Positions 40,181-49,369 of a stretch of 64,000 nucleotides of DNA are shown here, piece after piece. The notes under the pieces are model-generated. The model was not told where the DNA came from, did no database searches, and saw only the letters and a list, made by a program, of their open reading frames with translations. The translations under genes were made by a program, and so were the position numbers. Numbering within the stretch: the stretch's first letter is position 1; each line of letters starts with the position of its first letter. Source of the DNA: an uncultured Chloroflexia bacterium (GTDB lineage: Bacteria > Chloroflexota > Limnocylindria > Limnocylindrales > CSP1-4); contig CAWIHR010000043.1 of NCBI GenBank assembly GCA_963835945.1, positions 46,140 to 110,139 of the forward strand, read 5' to 3'.

Positions 40181-40231
40181 TGCGTTCGGCGCACCTCCTC
40201 CCGTATGCTGTCTCCCCGCTGAAAGAGCCGC

Positions 40232-40696
40232 ATGCCCGAACAGACCGTCACCCTCAACCGAAAAGCGCGCCACGAGTACTCGATCGAAGAGACGGTCGAG
40301 GCCGGGCTCGTGCTGACCGGGACTGAGATCAAGAGCGTCCGAGCTGGTCGCGTGAACCTCAACGAGGCCTACGCCCGGGTGGAGCACGGCGAGGCGTGGT
40401 TGGTGGGAGCCCACATCGCCCCGTTCGAGCGCGGCAACCGCTTCAACCACGAGTCAAAGCGGACCCGTAAGCTGCTGCTGCACCGCGGGGAGATCGACGA
40501 GCTGCTGGGGCTGACGGCCCGCAAGGGCCTCACGCTCGTGCCGCTGCGGCTGTACATCAGCGCGAGGGGCCTGGCCAAGGTGGAGCTCGGAGTCGGGCGA
40601 GGCAAACAGCTGCACGACCGCCGCCGGGAAATCGCGGCTCGGGACGCCAGAAGGGAGCTCGAGCGAGAGATGGCGGACACGGGTCGCGGCCGGTAA
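40232..40696 (+). CDS. smpB: SsrA-binding protein SmpB
   Basis: 154 aa; …RKARHEYSIEETVEAGLVLTGTEIKSVRAG...LLLHRGEIDEL... Confidence 0.95.
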   Translation: MPEQTVTLNRKARHEYSIEETVEAGLVLTGTEIKSVRAGRVNLNEAYARVEHGEAWLVGAHIAPFERGNRFNHESKRTRKLLLHRGEIDELLGLTARKGLTLVPLRLYISARGLAKVELGVGRGKQLHDRRREIAARDARRELEREMADTGRGR

Positions 40697-40837
40697 GAGG
40701 TCGCGGGCGGGGAGACTCCAAAGTCTGTCCCTGCCGACAGCGTCCTCGGCGACACGGCACGAGCCACCGGCCTCTGGCGACTTGGATTCCGCCCCGTCGT
40801 CCGCTAGAATCAGGCCTCCGAACGGATGTTCGGCAAT

Positions 40838-41207
40838 GGGGATGCGTGGTTTCGACAGGGCCCGAACCCCAGGGAGCGCGAGCCGAGGTGCCGTCTGGCC
40901 TCGTTAAACCGGCGGCAAACGAAGTAACTGGCAACAGCCAGCCTGCTCTCGCCCTCGCCGCTTAGGCGGTAAGGTGAGCGTGGAAGCAGCCTCGTCCCCG
41001 TGGGCTGTGGAAGCGTCATGCAGCGGGGATGCAGCTTCGGGTAGCGTCGCGTAGCCGAGGACCAAGCCCGCAAGGGGACGTGACTGGACCGATCGAAACG
41101 CTGCCGATGGCGGTTCGGCCGGTTGACGACAAAGCATCGGACACGCTCGTAGCGGTCCCTGGCTGAAGGTTCTGGACGGGGAGTTCGACCCTCCCCCATC
41201 TCCACCA
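40838..41207 (+). ncRNA. ssrA: tmRNA (SsrA), one-piece; predicted tag ANEVTGNSQPALALAA
   Basis: 5' GGGGATGCGTGGTTTCGACAGGG...; tag ORF GCAAACGAAGTAACTGGCAACAGCCAGCCTGCTCTCGCCCTCGCCGCTTAG; 3' T-arm and acceptor GGACGGGGAGTTCGACCCTCCCCCATCTCCACCA. Confidence 0.9.
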
Positions 41208-41331
41208 GCGCTCATCTGCGGCGGTGTCCGGCGAGGATGGGATCCCTCCGGCGCCGCCGCCCTCGCGTCAGGTGCCCGGCCAGCCCGCACAGCGTGGCGA
41301 TCGCGTCGGCCTGCCCACTGCGAGCCTCGGA

Positions 41332-43578
41332 TCAGGGTCCAGGCGAGGGGCTCGGCGAGGGAGATGGCGCTGGATCCCCGCTCGGCGACGGAGAGGGGGA
41401 CGGAGCCTGCGCCACGCCCACCTCGATCAGGCCGTTCACGGTGGCGTAGTGCGAGTAATAGGTCTCCTCGTGGACGATCAGACCGTCAGCATCCTGAACC
41501 ACCCGCGTCACCCACGCGTCGAAACCGTTGGAAGCGTATTCGACCTGGTTCTCCTGCCCAGGCGGGAGGGTGGTCACCTTGACGTACTGCGTGGTCGCGT
41601 ACGTGTAGTTCTTCACGATCGGGGTCGACAGGGTCACGGTGCGCTGCGGATCGACGCTGAACAGCTGAAAGGTGACCGTCCCGGGCCCATTGATCGCGTG
41701 GATGAGCACGGGATAGGCCGTGTCGTTGCGCCACGTCATGTCCTGCTCCCAGCCGGGGCCCATCGCCACGGTGGCGTCCAGGCCGACCGGGTAGCGGGAG
41801 ATGTAGTAATAGTGGTTGGCGCGATCGCCAATCTCGTACCCGGCCCGCAGGGCGGCGTTGAAGAGCGTGGTGGACGTGCTACAGATGCCGCCGCCGATGG
41901 CGCCGGTCTCCTCTGTGTGGCCGTTGATGATCTCACCGCCCAAGCCGTACCCCTCCGCCAGGGTGGGCACGCCGACCACTTTCCAAAAGTCGAACCAGGC
42001 TCCTGGGGCCACCACGTACCCGTCGATCGTGGCGGCAGGGATACTGATGTTCTTCCCCCAGTAGTTGGAGATGCCTGGGAAGAAGTGCGTGGTCCAGCTC
42101 CCCACTACCTCCATCAGCGGAGCCGTCTTCTTGGCCTCGTCCGTACTGAGTGCGGGCGCGACCGTCGTCACCGCCAGCTGGACGGTACCGGCCGGATTGC
42201 CTTCCGTCCGGCTCGAGAGGGCCGCGTCGATGGCGCTCAAGCTGGCGTCGACGTCAAGCTGGGCACCGTCACGGGCGGCGAGAACGCCGATCACCTTACC
42301 GGCGCCGAGCAGATAGCTGGCGTCCGACGGATTGCGCGCCACCTTCGGAGCGAGCGCTGCGAGCGCAACACGGGCGGTGGCATTGCCAACGAGCGGCACG
42401 TAGGCCCCGGCACCGGTAGACAGTCCGACGGCAGGGGAGGAGGCGAGACCGGGACTCGCGACAGCAGCGCCGCTCGGAGCGGGCGGTTGCGGCGTGACCG
42501 GCCCGGGGCCCGTAACCGTGGCAGGGCTCGCGCTGGACGATACGACGGAGGGCGTCGTGGCGGGGGTCGGGAGGGCCGGGAGGTCACCCACGACGAGTGT
42601 CGCACCGGAAGGCCACGCGATCGGCGGGCCCGTGGGAGCTGCGGTGCTCGCCGCGGGGGGCGCACCCACGACCGGAATGGTGTCGGCTCCGGGGGCCGGG
42701 CTCCCGTCCGGCGCGCCGGACGGGCTGGGAGGAGCGCTAGACGGGACCCCCGGGGCGGCGGGTTGCGGGGCGCCGAAGAACACCCACGTCCGGAGCGTAT
42801 CGGGCGGGATCGTCAACGAGAACTTGGGGTTGGTCGTGACGGTCAGCGTCAGGGGCTCGGCGGTCATCTGGTTCGCCGCCTGGAGGGCCGCGGCCGCATC
42901 CTGGGTCGTCACCCCGGGGGAGACGTCCACGGTTCGAAGCCGGACGGTGACGGCCGTGACGCCAGGAGCCAGAAGTCCGATCCCGGCGGCCTCAACGACG
43001 GCCTGGCGATCCACCGCCCTTCCCTGTGCCCCAGGCTCTAGCACGAAGTTCCCATCGGGGCCGAGCACGACCATGGCGTCGGTCGGGCTCACGTCATACG
43101 CGCCCGCCACGCCGGCCACCGCTGACGCGAGCGCGGCCCGGTTGTAGGTCAGACGCGGCACCACCTGCTCGCCGCCAATGAGGGCCCGCACGTCCTGTGA
43201 CACCCGCGACGACAGGTCGCCGCCATGCGCCACGGCCAGCGCCAAATCGAGGATGGCGCCGTAGTCGTAGGCCCGTCCGAGACGCGAGAACGGTAAGGTC
43301 GCGTCTCCCGACGGCGACTGGAGAACGAGCGTCCCACGGCTGGGGTTGGGCAGCTGTGCTCGCAAGCGGCCCTCAGCCGCCGCGCGGGCCAATCCCCCGA
43401 TCGACACACCGTCGACGGTCACTCCGGGGACGACGCGGTTCGCGAAGGCCTCCTGGTACCCGATCGCAAAACCGGCGCCGAGCGCGGCCACGATGAGCAG
43501 CGCGGCGGCCAACGCGGCGAGGCCATGGCGCCAGGTCACGACGCGCGCCGGACCCGCATCTACAGTTTGCGCCGTCAT
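41332..43578 (-). CDS. VanW-domain (YoaR-like) secreted/membrane-anchored protein with Pro/Ser/Ala-rich linkers
   Basis: 748 aa; N-terminal signal anchor; C-terminal VanW core ...GGGICSTSTTLFNAALRAGYEIGDRANHYYYISRYPVGLDATV...; ends PSPSPSPS repeats. Confidence 0.75.
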   Translation of the reverse strand: MTAQTVDAGPARVVTWRHGLAALAAALLIVAALGAGFAIGYQEAFANRVVPGVTVDGVSIGGLARAAAEGRLRAQLPNPSRGTLVLQSPSGDATLPFSRLGRAYDYGAILDLALAVAHGGDLSSRVSQDVRALIGGEQVVPRLTYNRAALASAVAGVAGAYDVSPTDAMVVLGPDGNFVLEPGAQGRAVDRQAVVEAAGIGLLAPGVTAVTVRLRTVDVSPGVTTQDAAAALQAANQMTAEPLTLTVTTNPKFSLTIPPDTLRTWVFFGAPQPAAPGVPSSAPPSPSGAPDGSPAPGADTIPVVGAPPAASTAAPTGPPIAWPSGATLVVGDLPALPTPATTPSVVSSSASPATVTGPGPVTPQPPAPSGAAVASPGLASSPAVGLSTGAGAYVPLVGNATARVALAALAPKVARNPSDASYLLGAGKVIGVLAARDGAQLDVDASLSAIDAALSSRTEGNPAGTVQLAVTTVAPALSTDEAKKTAPLMEVVGSWTTHFFPGISNYWGKNISIPAATIDGYVVAPGAWFDFWKVVGVPTLAEGYGLGGEIINGHTEETGAIGGGICSTSTTLFNAALRAGYEIGDRANHYYYISRYPVGLDATVAMGPGWEQDMTWRNDTAYPVLIHAINGPGTVTFQLFSVDPQRTVTLSTPIVKNYTYATTQYVKVTTLPPGQENQVEYASNGFDAWVTRVVQDADGLIVHEETYYSHYATVNGLIEVGVAQAPSPSPSPSGDPAPSPSPSPSPGP

Positions 43579-43696
43579 TGCACCACATATCCTAGAATCC
43601 CGCAGGCATGTTCGTCAGGGAGACGGCAAAGCCGCGTGCCGCTCAGACGCAGCCCGGGGCCGAGCGGGTCCCCGTCGCGAAAGCCTGGGGCGATTG

Positions 43697-44779
43697 CTAT
43701 GCCTCCCGGCGGATGACCACCACGCGGCGGTTCGGCTCTTCGCCAATGGACTGCGTCGCGACGCCGGTTCGGTCGCGGAGTGCGAGGTGGATCCAGCGCC
43801 GTTCAAGCGCCGGCATCGGCTCGAGCTGAAGCATCTTCCCGGTCTCTTCGACCCGGTCCGCGGCGCGGTTCGCGATCTCGCGCAGCTGCCGCTCGCGGCG
43901 CCCCCGGTAGTCCTCAACGTCGACCAGGACGCGAGTCCACTCGCCCATGCGGCGCGACAGGACAAGGTTCACCAGGTGTTGGAGGGCGGACAGCCGCTCG
44001 CCCTTCCGGCCAATCAGGGCCCCGAGCGCTTCCTTTTCGGCACCCTGGCCGGTGACGTCCAGCTTTGCGGTTTCGCCCGTCTGGACGGTAACGACGACGT
44101 CGTAGCCGAGATAACCCAGCATCGTCTGCAGGATGTCCCGACCGGCCTCGAGCGCCTCCGGGCTAGCCTCCGCCGCCTGCACTTCCTCACGCTCGACGTT
44201 CAGCGATCGCGCGGCGACCACTTCCGCCCGTTCACCGTCCGTCAAGGTCACGGGGCCGCGCTGTTCACGACCACCCCGCCGGTCCCGCCCGCGGTCGCCC
44301 CGCCGCTCGCGGCGCTCATCCCGATCCGGTCGCGGGCCGTGGTCGCCGGACTCCACCCTAGGCGAGGCGGCCCGCTCGAGGCTGCCACCGGCCACGGGCG
44401 GCGCCGGCGCGGTCGCAGGAGCGTCCTCGCGGCCCGGCTCTGCGCGTCCGGACACCTGCTCGCGCATCGGACGCCGGTCCGGCCCGCGCTCGCCGCGCTC
44501 TCGGCCCGGAGGCCGAGCCTCGCGCGGTGGCCGCGCAGGCGGTGGCGGTAGAGGCGCTGCCTCAGCGGCCGCCCTCCGGGGCGCCGCGCCCCCCAAGGCC
44601 GCGCGGGGCGCGGCGATCACCCGCGCCGGCTCCGCCCCCATGCCCAAGACCCCGCGGCTACCGGGGGTCAGGATTTCGAAATCCAGGTCGTCAAGCCCGG
44701 AGACCCCGAAGGTCTCTCGCGCTTGGCGCAGAGCCTCCTCGACGGTCTTCCCGGTGAACTCTTGGTATTCGCTGCTCAT
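43697..44779 (-). CDS. khpB: RNA-binding protein Jag/KhpB (Jag_N, KH, R3H) with long low-complexity linker
   Basis: N-terminus MSSEYQEFTGKTVEEALRQA...; C-terminus ...NRAADRVEETGKMLQLEPMPALERRWIHLALRD... R3H; downstream of yidC. Confidence 0.85.
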   Translation of the reverse strand: MSSEYQEFTGKTVEEALRQARETFGVSGLDDLDFEILTPGSRGVLGMGAEPARVIAAPRAALGGAAPRRAAAEAAPLPPPPARPPREARPPGRERGERGPDRRPMREQVSGRAEPGREDAPATAPAPPVAGGSLERAASPRVESGDHGPRPDRDERRERRGDRGRDRRGGREQRGPVTLTDGERAEVVAARSLNVEREEVQAAEASPEALEAGRDILQTMLGYLGYDVVVTVQTGETAKLDVTGQGAEKEALGALIGRKGERLSALQHLVNLVLSRRMGEWTRVLVDVEDYRGRRERQLREIANRAADRVEETGKMLQLEPMPALERRWIHLALRDRTGVATQSIGEEPNRRVVVIRREA

Positions 44780-46023
44780 CGACGCCTCCCTCGCCGGCTA
44801 GTCCGGGCCCGTTCTCTGTTTGGCCTCACCGTGCCCGCCGCGCTATCTCTCGGGTCGCGGCGCGTGGGCGCCACCGTGGGCTTACCTGTGCCCAAAGCCG
44901 GCAGCTTCGGGGGCGGCGGGGCGAACCGTGGCGTGTGTCCCACGGCGAACGACGGTGTCCATCCGAACAGAGGGAAGAGGGACCCCCAGCCCGCGATCAG
45001 ATACTGCTGCACGATCGAGAAGATCGTGGTGACGATCCAGTAGATGAAGAGCCCGGCCGGCAGGAACGAGCCGTACACGAGCGACAGGAGCGGGAGCAGC
45101 AGGAACGCACGCTGCTGCGCTTGGGCCTGCGGGTCGCTCGAGCTCGGCATCATCATGCGGGTCTGCAGGAGCTGCAGAAGTGCCGAGACCAGCGCCAGCA
45201 GGCTCAATCCGAAGCCGATCACCGGGAGCCTAAAGAGAATCTCGGGCTGGTCCGCGGGCAGGCCGCCGAGCCACCAGATATGCGGCTGGATGCACGGACC
45301 ATTAGTACCCGCGGCGGCCTGGCAGGTTACGTGCACGATCTGGACCCCGAAGACGCTGAGCATCGAGCTGATGTTCGGCGCGGTGAGGCCGGACGAGAAC
45401 ACGGAATACATCGGCAGGAGCAGGACCATAGTCAGGACGGTGGGCAGGCACCCGGAGGCGGGGTTGATCCCCCGCTCCTTGTAGAGGCGCATCTGCTCCT
45501 CGCTGACCTTCTGGCGATCTCCCTTGAACTTCTGGGAGATCGCCTTCAGCTCCGGCTGCAGCATCTGCATGCGCCTCTGCGACACGATCTGTGCGCGGTA
45601 CACCGGGACGAGCAGGAGCCGGATCAGGAGCGTGACGAGGATGATCGCGATGCCGATATCGCCGACGATGTTGTAGAAGAAGACGAGGACGAGAAAGATG
45701 ATCTGGAAAATCGGCGTGAAGGCCCAGGCCAAGAGGCTGAACGGGTCGGCGCCGTTCGGCTGTGCCGGGCACAAGTTGGGATGGCGAGTGACTGTCGGGC
45801 CCGGCGTCTGACCCGGCGCGAGCGTCGGTGTCGGCGAGGGCGTGGGATTAGGGCATGGAGCCCGACTCGCGACAGCGCCACTCGGTGCCGGCGTCGTCAC
45901 CGGAGCCACTGCCTGTCCGGCCGGGAGCGGCGAGGCCGCCAACGAGACGGGGTTCGCGGCAAACAGCAGCAGGAGCGCGGCCACCGAGGCCAGCGGCAGC
46001 AGACCGAGACGGCGAAGTGTCAC
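44776..46023 (-). CDS. yidC: Membrane protein insertase YidC (short monoderm-type)
   Basis: 415 aa; ...LVTLLIRLLLVPVYRAQIVSQRRMQMLQPELKAISQKFKGDRQK... and ...GCLPTVLTMVLLLPMY... motifs. Confidence 0.9.
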   Translation of the reverse strand: MTLRRLGLLPLASVAALLLLFAANPVSLAASPLPAGQAVAPVTTPAPSGAVASRAPCPNPTPSPTPTLAPGQTPGPTVTRHPNLCPAQPNGADPFSLLAWAFTPIFQIIFLVLVFFYNIVGDIGIAIILVTLLIRLLLVPVYRAQIVSQRRMQMLQPELKAISQKFKGDRQKVSEEQMRLYKERGINPASGCLPTVLTMVLLLPMYSVFSSGLTAPNISSMLSVFGVQIVHVTCQAAAGTNGPCIQPHIWWLGGLPADQPEILFRLPVIGFGLSLLALVSALLQLLQTRMMMPSSSDPQAQAQQRAFLLLPLLSLVYGSFLPAGLFIYWIVTTIFSIVQQYLIAGWGSLFPLFGWTPSFAVGHTPRFAPPPPKLPALGTGKPTVAPTRRDPRDSAAGTVRPNRERARTSRRGRRR

Positions 46024-46050
46024 CTCGCGGAGTGCTCCCTTCCCTGGGTC

Positions 46051-46266
46051 CTACGGTACCGGGTCATACCCGCCTGGGTTCCACGGGTGACAGCGCGCGA
46101 TCCTCCGCGCCCCCATCACGCTGCCGCGCAGGAGGCCGTACTTGCCGATGGCCTGCTCCGTGTACCGCGAGCACGAGGGTTCGAACCGACACGATGCCGG
46201 CAGCCAGGCGAAGAGGACCCGGTAGAGGCGGATCGTCGCGATCCCGATCTTCCTCACCCCTTGCAT
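46051..46266 (-). CDS. yidD: Membrane protein insertion efficiency factor YidD
   Basis: From M45 of ORF 46051..46398: MQGVRKIGIATIRLYRVLFAWLPASCRFEPSCSRYTEQAIGKYG...CHPWNPGGYDPVP. Confidence 0.9.
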   Translation of the reverse strand: MQGVRKIGIATIRLYRVLFAWLPASCRFEPSCSRYTEQAIGKYGLLRGSVMGARRIARCHPWNPGGYDPVP

Positions 46267-46613
46267 CCCCCACCGCCAGACAATGCGCCGAGACGGTCGA
46301 GCAGCCGAGCCACCACATCGCGAAGCGCAGCGTAGCTCGCGGCGACGCTGGGAACCCGGGCGACGATCAGCACGTCCCACCCGGGTGCCACGCGGCACGC
46401 GAGCGATCTGACGATCTCACGGAGTCGCCTACGGACGCGGTTGCGGACAACGGCACCTCCCAGGCGCCTGCCGGTCGAGAAAGCATATCGGGTGGAAGTC
46501 AGCCCGTTTCTTGCCACCCGAACGACGACGAGTGGGTGCGTTCGGCTGATTCCCTGCTGCTGGAGGTGGGCGAAGTCCGACGGCCGGCGGAGCGTCTCCA
46601 ATGGGATCGCCAT
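46254..46613 (-). CDS. rnpA: RNase P protein component
   Basis: 119 aa basic protein between rpmH and yidD; ...RVARNGLTSTRYAFSTGRRLGGAVVRNRVRRRLRE... Confidence 0.85.
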   Translation of the reverse strand: MAIPLETLRRPSDFAHLQQQGISRTHPLVVVRVARNGLTSTRYAFSTGRRLGGAVVRNRVRRRLREIVRSLACRVAPGWDVLIVARVPSVAASYAALRDVVARLLDRLGALSGGGGCKG

Positions 46614-46626
46614 CGCGACCCTGATT

Positions 46627-46761
46627 TCAGACAGTTAGGCGCTGCCGTCCCCGCGCCCGTCGCGCGGCTAGGACGCGCCTCCCCCCGCGCGTCTTCATCC
46701 TAGCCCGGAAACCGTGCTCCTTGGCGCGATGTCGTTTCTTGGGCTGATACGTCTGCTTCAT
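46627..46761 (-). CDS. rpmH: 50S ribosomal protein L34
   Basis: [44 protein letters not shown] (44 aa). Confidence 0.95.
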   Translation of the reverse strand: MKQTYQPKKRHRAKEHGFRARMKTRGGRRVLAARRARGRQRLTV

Positions 46762-46894
46762 CGGGCGCCATGGCTCCTTGGCAGGACGGGTTTGGAGCGG
46801 CGGCAGCAGGGCCGGATCCGGGCCCACCTGCCCTCGGTGGATGAAACAACACGCGCCGGCCCCTATGGCACTCCGACGCGTGCCGTGCCGGGGA

Positions 46895-46923
46895 TTATAT
46901 GGAGCCCTCGGAATGAGTGTCAA
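46895..46923 (-). promoter_or_regulatory. Perfect-consensus sigma70 promoter for rpmH-rnpA (TTGACA-N17-TATAAT on minus strand)
   Basis: Reverse complement of 46895-46923 reads TTGACActcattccgagggctccaTATAAT. Confidence 0.6.
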
Positions 46924-46994
46924 ACGCGTGTACTCGTCCGGTACCTCCGTTACACCCCGGGCCCGAACGAAGCGACGTACTCGGCCGGGGTGAG

Positions 46995-47354
46995 CTAGCC
47001 GAGAGCCAGGTGGGGTCGGACGATGTTGCAGGCGGTCTCCCAGGCGCGCAGGCGCTCGGTGAACGGGCCGGTGTCGTCGATCACGATGCCGTCGTGAAGC
47101 CGCCAGAACTCATCGGCGTCGATGCGGTGGGATCGCTCCACCTTGCCGTTGACACATACCTTGACCGGGCCGCGTTGGTGGGTCGCCTGGTCGTTGCGGT
47201 CATGAATTTCGCACTCCGCCGCGTCGCTGGGTTCCCTAGCCAAGTGCTGGCACTGGGCGCTCTTCCGATCGATGGCCGCCCGCTCCTCGTGGTGGACGAG
47301 GGCGCGCTCCCTGGAGATCCGATCGGCTGATGCGGGGTAGGGGACGCACCGCAA
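46995..47354 (-). mobile_element. Truncated, degraded IS transposase remnant (rve/DDE integrase-core C-terminus; IS481/IS3-like)
   Basis: …[70 protein letters not shown]: NGKVER...RPH.ALG is the rve C-terminal signature. Upstream DDE region shows deletions. TTG start is not native. Confidence 0.55.
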
Positions 47355-47599
47355 ACATCGGCGAGCCAGATACTACCAGGGGGTATGGCGGTTTCGCGTT
47401 GCGGTGGCCGTGCGCGCGGTGCTAGGCTTTCCGAGCTCCCGGCCCGGGACGCAACGGGAGGGTCCAGGAGAGGCCCGCCGGCGCCCACCTTCGGGGCACG
47501 CACGCGGCTTCTGCCATGGCTGGTCCGAGCCCATCAGCGCCCACACAGCGGCGCCTGACGGACTGCGGCGAATCGCTTTGATGGGGTCGAGCGAACGGA

Positions 47600-48949
47600 A
47601 TGGACGCGAAGCAGGTGTGGCGCGCCGCCCTCGGAGAGCTTCAGGTTTCGCTGTCCCCGGCCAACTACGAGACCTGGCTCCGCGATACGGCCCTCGTCGC
47701 CGTCGATGAACATCGGTTTCGCGTCGCCGTTCCCAACGGATTTGCCAAGGACTGGCTCGAGTCGCGGTACCGCTCGCTGATCAGCCAGACCCTTGCACGG
47801 ATCGTGGGCTACAGCGTGCAGGTCGATTTCGAGGTCTCCGCCCAACCAGCCGAGGCCGCGGGGGCGATCGCCTCCCAGGCGGTGCGCGTGGAGCCCACCC
47901 GGGTGGGCGGAGAGGGCGGCCCCACCAACCTCAACCCGCGCTACACGTTCGGGAACTTCATCGTCGGCTCGGCCAACCGCCTGGCGCACGCCGCGAGCCT
48001 CTCGGTGGCCGAGCGGCCTGGTCACGCGTACAACCCGCTCTTCCTGTACGGCGGCGTGGGACTCGGCAAGACCCACTTGATGCACGCCATCGGGAACCAA
48101 GTGATCGCGCGCTTTCCTCGCAAGAAGGTGACCTACGCAACCAGCGAGAAGTTCACCAATGAGTTCATCACCAGCATCCAGCAGGGCCGGATCGACGAGT
48201 TTCGCGCCCGCTACCGCAAGATCGACATCCTGCTAATCGACGATATCCAGTTCATCGCGGACAAAGAGCGCACGCAGGAGGAGTTCTTCCACACGTTCAA
48301 CGCGATCCACGAGGACGGAAAGCAGATCGTCCTGTCGAGCGACCGGCCACCAAAACAGATCATGACCCTCGAGGAGCGCCTGCGGAGCCGCTTCGAGTGG
48401 GGGCTGATCGCCGATCTCACCGCCCCGGACCTAGAGACACGGATCGCCATCCTGCGCTCGAAGGCGGAGGACCAGTCCGCCGCGATAGGGCCGGACGTCG
48501 TCGAGTTCATTGCGCGCAAGGTCGTAAGCAACATCCGCGAGCTCGAAGGGGCTCTCAATCGCATCCTGGCGTATGCCAGCATGAACGCCGTCCCGGTCAG
48601 CATCGACCTCGCCCAGGCGGTGCTCTCCAACGTGCTGTACAACCCGAAGCGTCGAACGGTAACTCCGGAGCGAGTCACGCGGGCTGTGTCGGAGTACTAC
48701 GGCGTGGAGCTCGATGCACTGCGCGGCCAGAAGCGGGACCGGGCCATCGTGGTGCCGCGCCAGATCGCAATGTACCTAATGCGCGAGGAGACAGACGTCT
48801 CGCTGCTGCGTATCGGCGCGGAGCTCGGAGGGCGGGACCATTCGACGGTTCTGCACGCCTGCGACAAGATCACGCGCGAGAGCCAGGACAACGACGACCT
48901 CAGGCGCGAGATCGCGGCGCTGCGCGAGCTGATCTACACAGGGGAGTGA
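47600..48949 (+). CDS. dnaA: Chromosomal replication initiator DnaA, intact
   Basis: 449 aa; AAA+ Walker [11 protein letters not shown], sensor and box VII motifs, C-terminal DNA-binding domain. Confidence 0.95.
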   Translation: MDAKQVWRAALGELQVSLSPANYETWLRDTALVAVDEHRFRVAVPNGFAKDWLESRYRSLISQTLARIVGYSVQVDFEVSAQPAEAAGAIASQAVRVEPTRVGGEGGPTNLNPRYTFGNFIVGSANRLAHAASLSVAERPGHAYNPLFLYGGVGLGKTHLMHAIGNQVIARFPRKKVTYATSEKFTNEFITSIQQGRIDEFRARYRKIDILLIDDIQFIADKERTQEEFFHTFNAIHEDGKQIVLSSDRPPKQIMTLEERLRSRFEWGLIADLTAPDLETRIAILRSKAEDQSAAIGPDVVEFIARKVVSNIRELEGALNRILAYASMNAVPVSIDLAQAVLSNVLYNPKRRTVTPERVTRAVSEYYGVELDALRGQKRDRAIVVPRQIAMYLMREETDVSLLRIGAELGGRDHSTVLHACDKITRESQDNDDLRREIAALRELIYTGE

Positions 48950-49369
48950 CGGGTCGTCGCCAACAGTGTGGCCGCCTGGTCCTTCCGCGCAAAGGCCGAA
49001 ATCGAGGTGCCCTGTGGAAAAAGCCCAGAGATCAGTGGATAAACAGAACCCGATGTGGATAAGCCGTCCCTGAGGGCCCACCAGCCGTTCTGTCGGTTTG
49101 ACGACGGGTGTACGTCGCGTGGATGCTGGCGCATCAGCTGACCTCGCCGTCGACACATCATGTGTCAGCACTCCACTGGACCAGCTCGCTGATCAGCGCT
49201 CCGAGCCAGCTATTCCACGGCACTAGCCCGCACAAGCGAGCACGCGCATCCACAGCGTGCACACCCTGATGATGATGATGATGGAATGAGAAGATATGTT
49301 TCTCGAGCGACTCCGCGCTGGATGTAGTCGGTAACCTGGGGTGTCTCGGGCACCCGGAGAGAGGAACTC
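48950..49369. other. Candidate oriC in the dnaA-dnaN spacer: DnaA boxes (perfect TTATCCACA as TGTGGATAA at 49054-49062; AGTGGATAA 49035-49043; weaker boxes at 49012, 49118, 49246) plus AT-rich (GAT)5 element at 49266-49300
   Basis: Boxes read directly; actinobacterial-type oriC position between dnaA and dnaN. Confidence 0.55.

Noticed and set aside
40054-40326. 90-aa ORF with strong SD overlapping smpB
   Set aside because: Overlaps the well-conserved smpB in another frame and has no recognisable fold; kept only as a possible leader feature.
41170-41207. tRNA-like T-arm/acceptor (GGACGGGGAGTTCGACCCTCCCCCATCTCCACCA)
   Set aside because: It is the 3' tRNA-like domain of the tmRNA gene, not a separate tRNA.
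46762-46923. N-terminal 54 codons of ORF 46627..46923 ([14 protein letters not shown]...)
   Set aside because: L34 is a ~44-aa protein starting MKQTYQPKK at 46761; the upstream extension overlaps the rpmH promoter.
47355-47599. Possible DnaA-box cluster / oriC upstream of dnaA
   Set aside because: No good TTATCCACA matches found by eye here, whereas the dnaA-dnaN spacer has a perfect box plus several near-matches.
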